Assembly (NCBI GenBank): GCA_964016885.1
Contig: OZ024741.1
Coordinates: 268,336,001-268,400,000 of the forward strand
Direction of reading: 5' to 3'
DNA from: Eledone cirrhosa
Taxonomy: Eukaryota
Length of the DNA stretch: 64,000 bases
This document shows positions 63,447-64,000 of the stretch, piece by piece. Under the pieces are notes generated by a model, which had not been told where the DNA came from, searched no databases, and worked only from the letters and a program-made list of their open reading frames with translations. Every line of letters starts with the position of its first letter. Position 1 is the stretch's first letter. A program made the translations under genes and the position numbers.

Positions 63447-64000
63447 GTTTCTTTATTGGCCACAAGGGCTAACATGAAGAAAAACATTACAGACGGCACA
63501 GGACGATACAAAGTGGGTTTTGTCCGTGTAAAAAGGTTATAAAAGACAGAAACGTGTAAAATAAATTAAAATTCAAACAACAAAAATTCCCCAATAAGGG
63601 GGAAGCTTCCAAAGGTCACTCATGGCGAAAAGCACACAAAAGACCACGGTCACCCTGACCACCAGGGCAAGCGCCCTCTCTCAGTTTTCCCCCTCCTCTG
63701 TCTACAGGCACATACTCAGACCAGATTCGCCACTTTCACCCACCTTTCAACAAACTTACTAGAAGACAGCACTAGCCTTTCCACCCTGATCTTCCTCTTC
63801 AAGTGAAACTTGAAAAAGTTAATCAGGGATTGGCCGGAGAGGAAACTGTCTGTTTTTAACCCTTTCAACCTTGTCCACCACACAATCTCTTTCGTCATGG
63901 CCACTAGGCAGATGAAGACTGCTTGCCCTTCCACCTCTTTAAAGGAGGATGGCAGTGCTTTCTTCACAGCAACTGTTCGACATAGCTCCACAAGTCAGCA
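63446..64000 (-). mobile_element. Second Tx1/L1-clade 3' fragment (runs off right edge)
   Basis: EGQAVFICLVAMTKEIVWWTRLKGLK matches the 59136-59400 copy. Confidence 0.85.

Overview
Repeat-dominated, AT-rich animal genomic DNA. The SINE/LINE repertoire and microsatellite load are most consistent with a coleoid cephalopod (octopod-like); this is inference, not a database result. Most of the window is transposable-element material: many RTE-clade LINE copies (one with an intact RT-to-C-terminus ORF carrying a PHD-like finger), tRNA-headed SINEs, Penelope-like remnants, Helitrons, Tc1/mariner (maT, mariner), hAT-like and piggyBac-like MITEs, two Tx1/L1 fragments and a near full-length R4/Dong-type RLE retrotransposon sitting in a (TAA)n tract. 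A chain of short, phase-compatible minus-strand exons suggests that much of the window is intronic to an unidentified host gene. The most striking observation is at 30.0-31.3 kb: a non-coding, tandemly and invertedly repeated 438/603-nt unit, each carrying a well-formed type I hammerhead ribozyme with an atypical core. This is a retrozyme-like (putative circular-RNA-producing) element. A related degenerate hammerhead lies at the 3' end of a nearby Penelope element, its plausible mobilising partner. All coordinates were read by eye; element boundaries are approximate unless TIRs, TSDs or tails are quoted.
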